A stretch of 64,000 nt of DNA from an uncultured delta proteobacterium. Lineage in GTDB: Bacteria > Desulfobacterota > Binatia > UBA9968. Below are positions 38,255-48,353 of this stretch, piece by piece; the first letter of the stretch is position 1, and each line of letters opens with the position of its first letter. A program made the translations under genes and the position numbers. The notes under the pieces are model-generated. The model was given only the letters and a program-made list of their open reading frames with translations. It was not told the DNA's origin and made no database searches. The DNA lies in NCBI GenBank assembly GCA_963816145.1, contig CAWFJP010000013.1, positions 1 to 64,000 on the forward strand, given 5' to 3'.

Positions 38255-39334
38255 TTATTTTCTTTGTCCGAACAGCCGGCGGATCAATTGTTCCCACTGG
38301 CCGTATTTAACTTCCAATTCCTCGATGGAATATTTCTCATCGAGATAGCTCTTTTTGAAACGCTGATCCACCGTGCCGATATCGTCGCGCGGCGACCACA
38401 GGCCGCCCTTCATGATCAGCTGCTGGCCTTCTTTGGAATGGATGAAGTCGAGCAGCAGCATGGCGGCGTGGGGATTGGGCGATTTGACCGATAGACTCGA
38501 GTAGCCGACGTTGGTCACCACTGGCTCCAATGGGCGCCAATCGATGGGCGCATTCTTTTGCCGATGCACGCTGACATTGGCGTCGAAGATGGTCGGCGAC
38601 AACGGGATTTCACCGGTGACGACCAACCCGGACAAAGCCGCGCCCGACATATCTTGCAAGCGCACATCCTGCTCAGCGAACTTTTCGACGAACTCGCGTC
38701 CCATGGCGTCCAGGGCATTGCCGATCCAGCGCGTGCCCGTGGAGCTGGTCACAATGGACATCTTGCCTTTCCATTTCGGATTGAGCAGGTCGCGCAGAGA
38801 TTTGGGCGCTTCGGTTTGCGGTATCAAACTGGTGTTGAAGCCCAAGCCGATATAGGTCTCGCGATCTCCAACGAAGTAAAAGCCATTTTTGCCTTTTGAC
38901 TTCACATCGTCGGGAAAGAACCGCGCCTCCGGTGAAAAATACTCTTGCAGCATACCGTCGCGTTTGAGTATCCCCATCGCCTCGGGTGTCGTTTCGATGA
39001 CATCAGCTATACTTCGGCCGGATTTGGCTTCCTCGGTCACGCGCCGTAAAATATTTTTCGAGTCATTGCGCCACTCGGCGACTTTGATAAATGGATATTT
39101 GTTTTCGAAGTCCTTGACGAAAGTACGAAACCAGGTGTGCGAGTTGTAGAAGGTAACCTGGCCCTCGCGCCTGGCGCCTTCGGTAAGAATCTTCTCCCGG
39201 TCGGCGCCTTGGTACAGGGCGACTTGTGAAACTGTCATCGGCGCACTGGCGGCATTAACACTCCCGACATTGAACAGCGAGGCGGTCAACATCGCTACTA
39301 GCGCAACGATCCGGTGGTTGGTGCCGGTTAGCAT
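38255..39334 (-). CDS. ABC substrate-binding protein, AfuA-like class
   Basis: YQGADREKILTEGARREG, PKWKGKM, PNPHAAMLLLDF. Confidence 0.85.
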   Translation of the reverse strand: MLTGTNHRIVALVAMLTASLFNVGSVNAASAPMTVSQVALYQGADREKILTEGARREGQVTFYNSHTWFRTFVKDFENKYPFIKVAEWRNDSKNILRRVTEEAKSGRSIADVIETTPEAMGILKRDGMLQEYFSPEARFFPDDVKSKGKNGFYFVGDRETYIGLGFNTSLIPQTEAPKSLRDLLNPKWKGKMSIVTSSTGTRWIGNALDAMGREFVEKFAEQDVRLQDMSGAALSGLVVTGEIPLSPTIFDANVSVHRQKNAPIDWRPLEPVVTNVGYSSLSVKSPNPHAAMLLLDFIHSKEGQQLIMKGGLWSPRDDIGTVDQRFKKSYLDEKYSIEELEVKYGQWEQLIRRLFGQRK

Positions 39335-39372
39335 AGTGTCCTCCTCTGATCGCCGCAATTGTTCCGGCTGGC

Positions 39373-40428
39373 CTAACGTCGGCGCAGAAACAGCTGGCGC
39401 AATAAGTTTTCCCACTGGCCGAGTTTTACTTCCATCTCTTCCGAAGAATACTTTTCGTCCAAATAGTTTTTCTTGAACTTCTGCTCGACCGAGCCAACAT
39501 CTTCGCGCGGCGACCAGAGACCGCCCTTCATGATCAGCTGCTGGCCTTCTTTGGAGAGCAAATAATCGATGAACAGGAGCGCTGTGTGCGGGTTCGCAGC
39601 TTTAGCCAGAAGTGCCGCCGAGCCGACGGTGGTCACCACCGGTTCTAAGGGTCGCCATTCCACCGGCGCGCCTTTCTGCTTGGCCAGGGTGACGTTGGCG
39701 TCGAAAATCGTTGGCGACAGCGGGATTTCACCCGAGACCACCAGATTGATCAAAGACGCCGGCGCCATGTCCTGCACGCTCACCTCCTGGCCAGCGAGCT
39801 TATCGAGAAACTCCCGTCCCTGAGATTCCAGCACGTTACCGACCCAGCGCGCGCCGGTGGTGGTGCTGGTGATCGCCATCTTCCCCTTCCATCTGGGATC
39901 CGCCAGGTCCTTGAGGCTACGAGGTGCGTTCGCAGGCGGGACCGATTTGGTGTTGAAGCCCAGGCTGTTGTAAGTCTCACGGTTAGGCAGGTAGAAAAAG
40001 CCGTTCTTGCCGCGTGGCTTGAGTTCGTTAGGATAAAAGCGTTCTTCGGGCGAAAAATATTCCTGGAACAAGCCTTCGCGCTTCAACACGCCCAAGCCGT
40101 CCGAGGTGGTCTCGACGATATCGGCGAGCGCGCGGCCGGCTTTCATTTCCTCGATGACCTTGCGGATAATATTCTTGGAATCGTTGCGCCACTCGGTGGC
40201 TCTGACGAAAGGATATTTCTTTTCGAACTCTTTAACGAATGTCTTGAACCAGGTGTGAGAAGTGTAGAGCGTGAACTGCCCTTCGCGTTTGGCGCCTTCG
40301 ACGAGTATTTTTTCCCGGTCGGCACCTTGGTAGAGAGCGACCTGGCCCGCTGTCATGGGCGCGTTGGCGGCAAAGACGTTTGTCGCTATCAAGAGAATGA
40401 TAAGCGCGAATGAGAATTTCTTCGACAT
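39373..40428 (-). CDS. ABC substrate-binding protein, AfuA-like class (tandem paralog)
   Basis: YQGADREKILVEGAKREG, PRWKGKM, shared EGQQLIMKGGLWSPR. Confidence 0.85.
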   Translation of the reverse strand: MSKKFSFALIILLIATNVFAANAPMTAGQVALYQGADREKILVEGAKREGQFTLYTSHTWFKTFVKEFEKKYPFVRATEWRNDSKNIIRKVIEEMKAGRALADIVETTSDGLGVLKREGLFQEYFSPEERFYPNELKPRGKNGFFYLPNRETYNSLGFNTKSVPPANAPRSLKDLADPRWKGKMAITSTTTGARWVGNVLESQGREFLDKLAGQEVSVQDMAPASLINLVVSGEIPLSPTIFDANVTLAKQKGAPVEWRPLEPVVTTVGSAALLAKAANPHTALLFIDYLLSKEGQQLIMKGGLWSPREDVGSVEQKFKKNYLDEKYSSEEMEVKLGQWENLLRQLFLRRR

Positions 40429-40553
40429 AGGTGCACTCCCTCTCCGCCGAATTACGTGGCCGATGCTATGAGCGGTGTAGGATAATGTCAATTGAACGAT
40501 TCGGTCTCTGCCGATGGATTAGAATCGCGACTGACTCGGTTTTCGTAATTCTT

Positions 40554-41498
40554 TCACAAACGTAAAATTGCTCGGTTGGTGTTCAGCCACGCCGCCAGTT
40601 TGGCGATGCCCTCTTCCAAATAAATCTCCGGTTGCCAGGCCAATTCTTTTCGCGCCAGTGAGATATCCAACGGACTGCGCAGTCGGTGTGGCGCGACTTC
40701 GGCGGCGTTGGGATGTTTGCCGATTTCAAAATCCAAATTCGGCAAGGCTTTCTGAATCGCGCGTTTCAAATCATCACTGACGTAAGCTCTGTCGAGACCG
40801 ACGTTGTACGCCTTGCTGAGCGGGCCTTGGGTGAAAAGGGCGCGGCTGATGGCGTCGACGACATCGTCGACATAGATCAAATCATCAACCGGACGGGTGA
40901 GAAATGGTCGGCAGGGTTTGCCGAGGATGCCTTTCTTCAACTCTAACGGGATGCTGCGGTAAAGGCCCGGCCCATAGACCGAGGAATATCTCAACGCGAC
41001 GAAGTCGACGCCATGTTTTTCTTTATAGAAATTACCCATCCATTCCGAGACGGTTTTCGCGGCGCGGTAGAAATAGGTCGGATAAATTGTCACAGCGTCG
41101 TCTTCTTTGACCAGGCCGCCGTCAGGTTTGTTGACCTGGCCGTAGATCGACGCCGAGCTGGAATAGACGACACGCTGGATTTTTAGATCTTTGGCCGCTT
41201 CGAGAATATTGGTCATGGCCTTGTAGCAGTAGTCCAGCACGCTGGGCGTCTCGTCGCGCGGCGGGTGGGCGGCATGAAACAGATGGGTCGGCCGTTCCGT
41301 TTCACACAGCGCGCGGAAGGCGGCGCTGTCGGTGACGTTCATCAGCTGGCTTGTCGTTTGGATTCCAAGGAGCGCAAGATCCGGTGCCCGCGGTACGACA
41401 TCGATGGGAACGACCTTATGACCCTGCGACTCCATGAGCTTGGTAAAATGGGAGCCGATAAAGCCGTTGGCGCCGGTGATCAAAACTGTTGAAGCCAT
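40554..41498 (-). CDS. NAD-dependent epimerase/dehydratase (extended SDR)
   Basis: ITGANGFIGS, SSSASIYG, YRAAK, LRYSSVYGP. Confidence 0.9.
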   Translation of the reverse strand: MASTVLITGANGFIGSHFTKLMESQGHKVVPIDVVPRAPDLALLGIQTTSQLMNVTDSAAFRALCETERPTHLFHAAHPPRDETPSVLDYCYKAMTNILEAAKDLKIQRVVYSSSASIYGQVNKPDGGLVKEDDAVTIYPTYFYRAAKTVSEWMGNFYKEKHGVDFVALRYSSVYGPGLYRSIPLELKKGILGKPCRPFLTRPVDDLIYVDDVVDAISRALFTQGPLSKAYNVGLDRAYVSDDLKRAIQKALPNLDFEIGKHPNAAEVAPHRLRSPLDISLARKELAWQPEIYLEEGIAKLAAWLNTNRAILRL

Positions 41499-41559
41499 GT
41501 GATTCTACCCAGCTGTTTTTCTGTTTAAGATACGTCTTTAGTACCCAGGCCCAGTCAAT

Positions 41560-42705
41560 TTATGCCACGCCGTAGAACTTCGCGGCATTTTGCCAAATCA
41601 ACTTCTGTTCGATCTCGCTGGCAATGCCCTGGAACTGCGCTTTATTGATCTCCTTGGAGTGCGGCCAAGTGGCACCGCCGTGCGGGTAGTCGCTGGCCCA
41701 CATGTAGTTGTCGATCATCTTGAGCGACTCGGCGGCGAGCACGCCTACGCGGTCGTCTTGAAAAGTCACATAAACTTGCCGCCGCACGCACTCGCTCGGC
41801 AGCGCGTCGATGGTGGGCGAGTCCGGCGCTTCGGAGCGGGCGCGCAGCAACGAACCATCCAACTTATTCATGAACGGTTGAATCCAGGCGAGATCGTATT
41901 CGGCGAGCACGAACGGCAGTCTGGGAAAACGATCGAGCACGCCGCCGAAAACCAAATCGGTCAACAGATTCAACGGCTCCAAGATGGTCCGGCGCAGGGC
42001 GTTGCGCCCTTGTTGCAGTTTGGAAATGACTTTTAACCGCGCCGCCATACGGTCACGGCCTTGAAGAATATTGATGTGAAAATGTATGGGATAGTTCATG
42101 TCTTGAGCGAGCTGCCAAAGACGGTCGTAGTCCGCGTCGCCATAGCACATTCCTTCTGGCAAACCTGATGGCAGGACAATCCCTTTGAGACCCAGCTTGG
42201 CGCAACGTTTCATCTCCTCCATGGACCAATCGATGTCGAGGGCGGAAAGCAGGCCCAATCCGATGAGACGCTTGGGCGCCGTTTTGCAGTAGTCCGTCAT
42301 CCAGTCGTTGTAGGATTGCAGTCCGGCTTTCTGCAGCGGCGTCTCATCGCCCTTCAAGCTATAAAAATTGCGTGCCATGCTGGGATAAAGCACTTCGATC
42401 TTGACGCCGTCGAGATCCATGTCTTTGAGACGCGCCACCGGGTCCCAGGGGCCGCGCCAGCTTTCCCAGGTGAAATTTTCAATCACTCGGCGCACGCCGC
42501 CGGCCTCCTTCTCCACACCCGCGGTGAAGGTCATTCCCACCGGGTCAGGCTCATGGCCGTCGAAGACCATGTACAGGCCTTTCTTCCCCGGCGGATCTTT
42601 GACGAAGTGCGGGCCATGGGAGCGCAAGTTTTTCGGTATGCGCTCCCAAGCTTCGGGCGGTTCGTTGACATGGGAATCGGCGGAGAAAAATTTTGCTTCG
42701 TCCAT
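41560..42705 (-). CDS. amidohydrolase_2 family protein
   Basis: SADSHVNEP, EVLYPS, IHFHI, WASDYPH. Confidence 0.9.
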   Translation of the reverse strand: MDEAKFFSADSHVNEPPEAWERIPKNLRSHGPHFVKDPPGKKGLYMVFDGHEPDPVGMTFTAGVEKEAGGVRRVIENFTWESWRGPWDPVARLKDMDLDGVKIEVLYPSMARNFYSLKGDETPLQKAGLQSYNDWMTDYCKTAPKRLIGLGLLSALDIDWSMEEMKRCAKLGLKGIVLPSGLPEGMCYGDADYDRLWQLAQDMNYPIHFHINILQGRDRMAARLKVISKLQQGRNALRRTILEPLNLLTDLVFGGVLDRFPRLPFVLAEYDLAWIQPFMNKLDGSLLRARSEAPDSPTIDALPSECVRRQVYVTFQDDRVGVLAAESLKMIDNYMWASDYPHGGATWPHSKEINKAQFQGIASEIEQKLIWQNAAKFYGVA

Positions 42706-42736
42706 TATCGGCCTCCTGTGGGTTGGCTACTCATGC

Positions 42737-43756
42737 TTATTTGCTCTTGGCGAATTTGTAAACGTCATCGATAAAACCACTGTCTTCCAACTTACGATAA
42801 ATGCGCTCGTCGATCAGTTCTTCCGCTTTGATTTTGGCCACGCTCGGGTTATAGCGCAAGACCCGCTGAATGTTGCGCAGGCCGTCTAAACCGGGGTAGG
42901 GCTTGCGCGCCAAGGTGCGATCGAGATCCTGCAACGCTTCCTTGGCGGCGGCGATATCGGAGAACTTCAAGCGCTCGGTAAAAAAGCGAAGCACGGTCTC
43001 TTGATTGGCCGGGTTGTAAACAAACGCGGTGGCTTCGACGAGGCCCCGCAATACTGCTTCGGCGACCTCGGGCTGTTGTTGCAGATAATTGCGCGACAGT
43101 ACCAAACCCGAGCTGGCGAAGGGAATTTTCGCGCGCGACAGTTCGGCGAGGACTTTGAAACCTTTCTTGCGCAGCTCGCGCGTGAACGACGGTTCGGTCA
43201 AGATCGCATCGACGCGGCCGGAGGTGAGTGCTTGCGACAACACCGTCTGATCGCCCAGGGCTTGCAGCTTGATGCGATCGCGCTCGGGATTGAGCTTGAA
43301 ATTTTCCAAACCCAGGATGGCGCCGATCCAGGTGGTGCCACCGATGTTGGTCACACCGATTTCCCTGCCGCGCAAGTCTTCGATGATTTTCAGCTCTGGC
43401 CGGCTGACGATATCCCAGTAAACTTCGTGGGTAAAAGTCGCGACGATCTTGAGATCGTGGCCGCTCGCCGAAGCGTTCAAAGTTGGCGCGCCTCCGGTAT
43501 GGCTGAGCTGCACCTCGCCGGTTGTCAGTGCCATTACTTGGATGGTGCTGTTGCGGACATAAATAGGCTCCACTTCGACGCCATGTTTCTTGAAAAAACC
43601 ATTTTGCACGGCGAACCACAGTGGCGCGGCGCTGACGCCGACGTTGGACTGACTGAGCCGGACTTTCGCTCGTGCCACCGCCCCATAGCTGGTCGGGGTG
43701 TTCAGCATCGTGGCGGTAATGGCCGCTAGGAAAACTATAATCACTTTTGTGCCCAC
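42737..43756 (-). CDS. ABC substrate-binding protein, NitT/TauT class
   Basis: GFFKKHGVEVE, DLRGREIGVTNIGG, KLEDSGFIDDVY. Confidence 0.85.
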   Translation of the reverse strand: MGTKVIIVFLAAITATMLNTPTSYGAVARAKVRLSQSNVGVSAAPLWFAVQNGFFKKHGVEVEPIYVRNSTIQVMALTTGEVQLSHTGGAPTLNASASGHDLKIVATFTHEVYWDIVSRPELKIIEDLRGREIGVTNIGGTTWIGAILGLENFKLNPERDRIKLQALGDQTVLSQALTSGRVDAILTEPSFTRELRKKGFKVLAELSRAKIPFASSGLVLSRNYLQQQPEVAEAVLRGLVEATAFVYNPANQETVLRFFTERLKFSDIAAAKEALQDLDRTLARKPYPGLDGLRNIQRVLRYNPSVAKIKAEELIDERIYRKLEDSGFIDDVYKFAKSK

Positions 43757-43763
43757 TGGAAAT

Positions 43764-45104
43764 TTACACCGGCCGTGACTTCAGCGATTGGGTCAGGGAC
43801 CGGATCGAAGCCAGCGATTCGAGGGTCTTAACTTGATCAACGACTGCTGCGCCATTGGCCGTGTCGATAATGCCAAGGGTGGCTGCGCTGAATTTATCGG
43901 CGACGGCGTTCCAGCCGTGTAGATCGCTGGGCACCTGTAGCTTTTCTTCCAAGCGCGCGCCGTTTTTCAATTGCACTACTAATGCCGGCCCGCCCGGTGT
44001 ATGGTGCATACGCCCCATCAATTCTTGTACTACGGATTGTTGCACATTCGCGTCGATGAAGTCCTCAGGTTTTAACTCGCGGTGAACCAGCGCCATGGCG
44101 AGACAATAGGCCATGCTAAATCTGCCCTCGTAGCCGCGCTGGGGGATCTGGCGCACCAGAGGATAGGGCTTTTGATCGCATTCGATGGACTCTATGGATT
44201 CCGGCTTTAGGTCGTGTTGGCGCACGAGCCGTAACATCGCTTCTAACCCATTGTGAGTCGCCGTGCAGGATGCGTAGGGTTTGATGCGCAGCTCCTGGGC
44301 CAAATGGAAGTTGACACCAAGATCACGCGCCAGCGATGCGACGATCTCGTCGGGGATCGGACCCAACGCTTCGAGTAAACCGAAGGGGCCTTCGATCGCC
44401 GTGTCGTCGCTAGAAAAACCGCTCTGCGCCAACAGCGCGCAAGTCACACCGGTGGCGGCGGCGTGGCCGGTGCGAAACGGTTTGGCCATGGTGCCGCCGT
44501 CGCGGGTCAAGGCGCCGCAGGAGCCGGCCGCCAAGCCAATCGCCGCCAGGGTCTCGTGCGCCGATAAACTTAAGGCGTAGCTCGCCGAGCAGGCCGCGGC
44601 GATGGGACCGAGGATGCCGTTGGAGTGCCAGCCTTTAGCGCCGGGGCCGATGCCGTCGGAGCGCCGGCCGAACAATGCGTCGAGGCTGTTGCGCACTTCG
44701 CGGCCGACGATGAAGGCCGCGAGCATCTTGGCGCCGGAAAGATTCATCTGCTCGGTGACCGCCAAGGACGCCGCCAACGTGTAGGTGGTCGAATGATTGC
44801 GGTCGTCGTAGTCGAGCCCGTGGGCGAGGATGCCGTTGATGAGCGCGGCGTCGCGCTGGCTCACCGATTTGCCTGTGCCCCATATGGTGCAAGGACCGGC
44901 GCTGGTGTTGGCGCTAGCAAACTTCAACAAATTCGCGCCGACTTCCTGGCGGGTGGCGAGCATGGCGACGCCCAAGCAGTCGAGGATTGCCAGCTTGGCG
45001 TTCTCTAGCGCCTTGGCGGGCGCGGCTTGCAAAGAAAAAGTTACGGTGAAGTCGGCAAGCTTCTGTGAAAGTTTGTGCGCGCCGTTTCTCTTTTCTCCGG
45101 ACAT
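43764..45104 (-). CDS. MmgE/PrpD family protein
   Basis: ILDCLGV, AALINGILAHGLDYDD, GTMAKPF, IKPYASC, RFSMAY. Confidence 0.88.
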   Translation of the reverse strand: MSGEKRNGAHKLSQKLADFTVTFSLQAAPAKALENAKLAILDCLGVAMLATRQEVGANLLKFASANTSAGPCTIWGTGKSVSQRDAALINGILAHGLDYDDRNHSTTYTLAASLAVTEQMNLSGAKMLAAFIVGREVRNSLDALFGRRSDGIGPGAKGWHSNGILGPIAAACSASYALSLSAHETLAAIGLAAGSCGALTRDGGTMAKPFRTGHAAATGVTCALLAQSGFSSDDTAIEGPFGLLEALGPIPDEIVASLARDLGVNFHLAQELRIKPYASCTATHNGLEAMLRLVRQHDLKPESIESIECDQKPYPLVRQIPQRGYEGRFSMAYCLAMALVHRELKPEDFIDANVQQSVVQELMGRMHHTPGGPALVVQLKNGARLEEKLQVPSDLHGWNAVADKFSAATLGIIDTANGAAVVDQVKTLESLASIRSLTQSLKSRPV

Positions 45105-45125
45105 GACAACTCCTCAATTTTAACG

Positions 45126-46172
45126 TTAGTGGCCCTTGGCATACAGTGAGTCGATGAAACCGCTCTCGTCGAGCTTGCGGATGAAGCGGTTATCGATGAC
45201 ATCTTCAACCTTGGCGCTCATGACTTTGGGGTTGAGGGTCGCCATCATCCTTTGGATATTGCGCAAACTTTCAACGACGCCGTAGGGCTTCTTTTCAAAG
45301 CCGATCAACAGGTCTTGATAGCCGTCTTCCAGGATCGCCACGTCGTTGAACTTCATGTGGCGCATCATGGTTTGCATCACAAGGTTGCGGTTGGTTGGCG
45401 TGGTAACGACGGCTTGTGCCTCGAGCAGTGCCTTTAACACGCTTTCAACGACGCCAGGATTGTCGCGCAAGAAAGCGCCGTTGACCGCGAACGCGGTGCT
45501 CATGAAAGGAATTTTTGCGCGATAGAGTTCCGCCAGAATCGTCATGCCCTTGAGTTTGGTGCGGCGGCTGAGAAAAGGGTCGAGCAGTGTCGCGTCAATA
45601 TTGCCCGCTTCCACCGCTTGGGCGAGCAAGGTTTGATTGCCGATGCCGTTGATACGAATCTGGTCGCGGGTCGAGTCTAAACCCAAGTGCTCAAGGGTCA
45701 GATAGGCGGCCATCCAGGTGGTACCGCCGATGTTGGTGACGCCGAAGCGTTTGCCGCGCAAATCTTTTGCTTCTTTGATTTCCGGACGGACGACCAGATC
45801 ATAAGCGAGCCGGTTACCGGGCGCGGCGATGATTTTCAAATCCTGTCCGCTGGACACCGCCGAAAGCATCGGCGAGCCGCCGCTGCTGGCGAACTGAACT
45901 TCGCCCGTGGCCAGCGCGGTCATTTGCAATGGACTACTGCGCAGATAGATCACTTCCATCTCGATGCCATGCTTGGCAAACAGCCCCAGTTCCTGGGCGA
46001 TCCACAGCACGGTGGAGCGCGCACTCACCGCCGACTGACTAATGCGGACTTTGACGGTGTTTGGCTTGGCGGTCTTTTGCGGTGATTGCGCCGCGTACAG
46101 GTGAGCCGTTGGCCATAGCGCAATCAGCAGCAGCAAAACGAAATAATGAAGATTCTTCCTACGAGCACCCAT
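45126..46172 (-). CDS. ABC substrate-binding protein, NitT/TauT class
   Basis: DLRGKRFGVTNIGGTTW, RKLDESGFIDSLY. Confidence 0.85.
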   Translation of the reverse strand: MGARRKNLHYFVLLLLIALWPTAHLYAAQSPQKTAKPNTVKVRISQSAVSARSTVLWIAQELGLFAKHGIEMEVIYLRSSPLQMTALATGEVQFASSGGSPMLSAVSSGQDLKIIAAPGNRLAYDLVVRPEIKEAKDLRGKRFGVTNIGGTTWMAAYLTLEHLGLDSTRDQIRINGIGNQTLLAQAVEAGNIDATLLDPFLSRRTKLKGMTILAELYRAKIPFMSTAFAVNGAFLRDNPGVVESVLKALLEAQAVVTTPTNRNLVMQTMMRHMKFNDVAILEDGYQDLLIGFEKKPYGVVESLRNIQRMMATLNPKVMSAKVEDVIDNRFIRKLDESGFIDSLYAKGH

Positions 46173-46178
46173 TGACTG

Positions 46179-47225
46179 TCAGTTTCCTTTAGCAAAGAGA
46201 CTGTCGATATAACCGCTCTCATCGAGCTTACGAACGAAGCGACTTTCGATAATGTCCTCTGCTTTTACCCGCGTGACTTTCGGATTCAAGCCACCCATCA
46301 TGCGCTGAATATTGCGCAGTCCTTCAACGGAAGGATAGGGCTTCCTCTCGAAGCCGACGAGTATGTCATGGTAGCCCTCTTCTAGAACGGTCGGATCGGC
46401 GATCTTCATCTGGCCCGCCATGGTTTGCAGAACGAAATTTTTGTTGGCTGGAGCGGCAATGAAGCTTTGCGCCTCCAAGAGCGATTTCACAACACTTTCA
46501 ACAATCTCGGGGTGTTCCTTAAGATAAGCGCCGTTGGCGATGAGACTGGTGTTGATGAACGGGATTTTCGCACGGTGGAGTTCGATTAACACCGACAAGC
46601 CCTTTTGTTTGAGCCGCCGGCTGAGGAACGGATCGAGCAGCGTGGCGTCGATATTGCCGGCTTCCACCGCTTGGGCGAGGATCGTCTGGTTGCCGAGCGC
46701 ATTGATGCGGATCTGATCGCGCTGATGATCGAGACCTAGATGCTCCAACGCCAAAATGGCGGCCATCCAGGTGGTACCGCCGATGTTGGTGACGCCGAAG
46801 CGTTTGCCGCGCAGATCCCGCGCTTCTTTGATTTCCGGGCGAACCACCACATCGTAAGCCAGACGGTTACTCGGACTGGCGACGATCTTGAGATCCTGTC
46901 CACCGGAGACCGCCGATAGTACCGGCGCGCCGCCACTACTCGCGAATTGAACATCACCCGTGGCCATCGCAGCCATCTGTAAGTTGCTGCTGCGCAGGTA
47001 AATGGTTTCTACTTCAAGGCCATTTTTTGCAAAAAGACCCTGTCCTTGGGCGATCCAAAGCACTGCTGAACGAGTGTTAACCGCGGACTGACTGATGCGA
47101 ATTTTAACAAGGCCAGGTCTGGTGGTTTTGGGTGTAACTTGCGCTGCTTCTGCGAGGCAAGTGCTTAATAGCAACGTCAGCGGAATGATCGCGATACGTT
47201 GAAACATCTTCTGGACCCAATCCAA
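46179..47225 (-). CDS. ABC substrate-binding protein, NitT/TauT class (tandem paralog; start possibly 47207)
   Basis: DLRGKRFGVTNIGGTTW, RKLDESGYIDSLF. Confidence 0.85.
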   Translation of the reverse strand: MDWVQKMFQRIAIIPLTLLLSTCLAEAAQVTPKTTRPGLVKIRISQSAVNTRSAVLWIAQGQGLFAKNGLEVETIYLRSSNLQMAAMATGDVQFASSGGAPVLSAVSGGQDLKIVASPSNRLAYDVVVRPEIKEARDLRGKRFGVTNIGGTTWMAAILALEHLGLDHQRDQIRINALGNQTILAQAVEAGNIDATLLDPFLSRRLKQKGLSVLIELHRAKIPFINTSLIANGAYLKEHPEIVESVVKSLLEAQSFIAAPANKNFVLQTMAGQMKIADPTVLEEGYHDILVGFERKPYPSVEGLRNIQRMMGGLNPKVTRVKAEDIIESRFVRKLDESGYIDSLFAKGN

Positions 47226-47256
47226 TGTTGCTCTACAGCCGAAAAATGCCGGGTTA

Positions 47257-48324
47257 CTAGCGCTTGCTGATAAACAGCTTGCGTTTCAATCCTTCCCACT
47301 CGCCGAACTTCTTTTCCATCACGTCGGGAGGATATTTGCTTTCGATATAGAGTTTCTTGAATTTCATCTCAGGGTCGATGACGTCGTTGCGCGCGGAGCT
47401 AAGACCGCCTTTGACGACCGCCAGTTGTCCTTCTTTCGAGTGCAAGAAATCCAAAAATAATAGTCCGGCATGGAAGTGCGGTGCTTTGGCGACTAACCCC
47501 GACGTGCCGGTGGTGCCGATCACCGGATCGATCGGCTTCCACTCCACCGGCGCGCCTTTCTGTTTGGCGACGCTGATGTTGGAGTTAAAAATGGTCGGCG
47601 ACAATGGCACTTCCCCCGACACGACCAGCTCGGCGAGCGCCGCGCCGGAAATATTTTGCACGTTGATGTTCTGAGCCGCCATTTTTTCGAGAAATTCCAG
47701 ACCGAAAGTTTCGACGACGGCGCCGATCCATTGCGTTCCAGTCGTCGTCCCAGCGATCGACATCTTACCTTTCCATTTCGGGTCGAGGAGATCCTTCATG
47801 GATTTCGGCACATCAGCCGGCGCAATGATTTTGGTGTTGTAACCGACGCTGATGTAAAGTTCGCGGCTATTCCAGTAGAGCACGCCCGTTTTGCCTTTGA
47901 CTTTGACATCGTCGTCGTAGCGCGTGAATTCAGGCAGAAATACTTCCTGAAACATTCCCGTACCTTGCATGAGCGCCATGTATTCTGGGCCAGTCTCGAC
48001 GACATCGGCAATCTGCCGCCCCGCGCCGGCTTCTTCGGTCAACCGCTTGAGCAGTTCCTTGGAGTCGCTGCGGTAGACGTTGGCCTTCACGAACGGATAC
48101 TTCTTGCCGAATTCTTGGGTCACATGGCCGGCCATCCAGGTGTTGGACGTGTAAAAGGTCACCTGGCCTTCTTTCTTAGCGCCGTCAATGAGAATCTGTT
48201 CCCGGTCCTTGCCTTGGTAGAGCGCCAGCTCGGCCGGGCTCGTCGGCTTGTTTTGTGCGCCGTGCGATTGCGCCAACGGTAAACCGATGATTACCAATAG
48301 CGATGCAAGTAGCCTGTTTACCAT
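47257..48324 (-). CDS. ABC substrate-binding protein, AfuA-like class
   Basis: Start MVNRL after GAGGAGG; YQGKDREQILIDGAKKEG, PKWKGKM. Confidence 0.85.
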   Translation of the reverse strand: MVNRLLASLLVIIGLPLAQSHGAQNKPTSPAELALYQGKDREQILIDGAKKEGQVTFYTSNTWMAGHVTQEFGKKYPFVKANVYRSDSKELLKRLTEEAGAGRQIADVVETGPEYMALMQGTGMFQEVFLPEFTRYDDDVKVKGKTGVLYWNSRELYISVGYNTKIIAPADVPKSMKDLLDPKWKGKMSIAGTTTGTQWIGAVVETFGLEFLEKMAAQNINVQNISGAALAELVVSGEVPLSPTIFNSNISVAKQKGAPVEWKPIDPVIGTTGTSGLVAKAPHFHAGLLFLDFLHSKEGQLAVVKGGLSSARNDVIDPEMKFKKLYIESKYPPDVMEKKFGEWEGLKRKLFISKR

Positions 48325-48353
48325 GAAGCCTCCTCGGGGCTGTCGAATATCGA

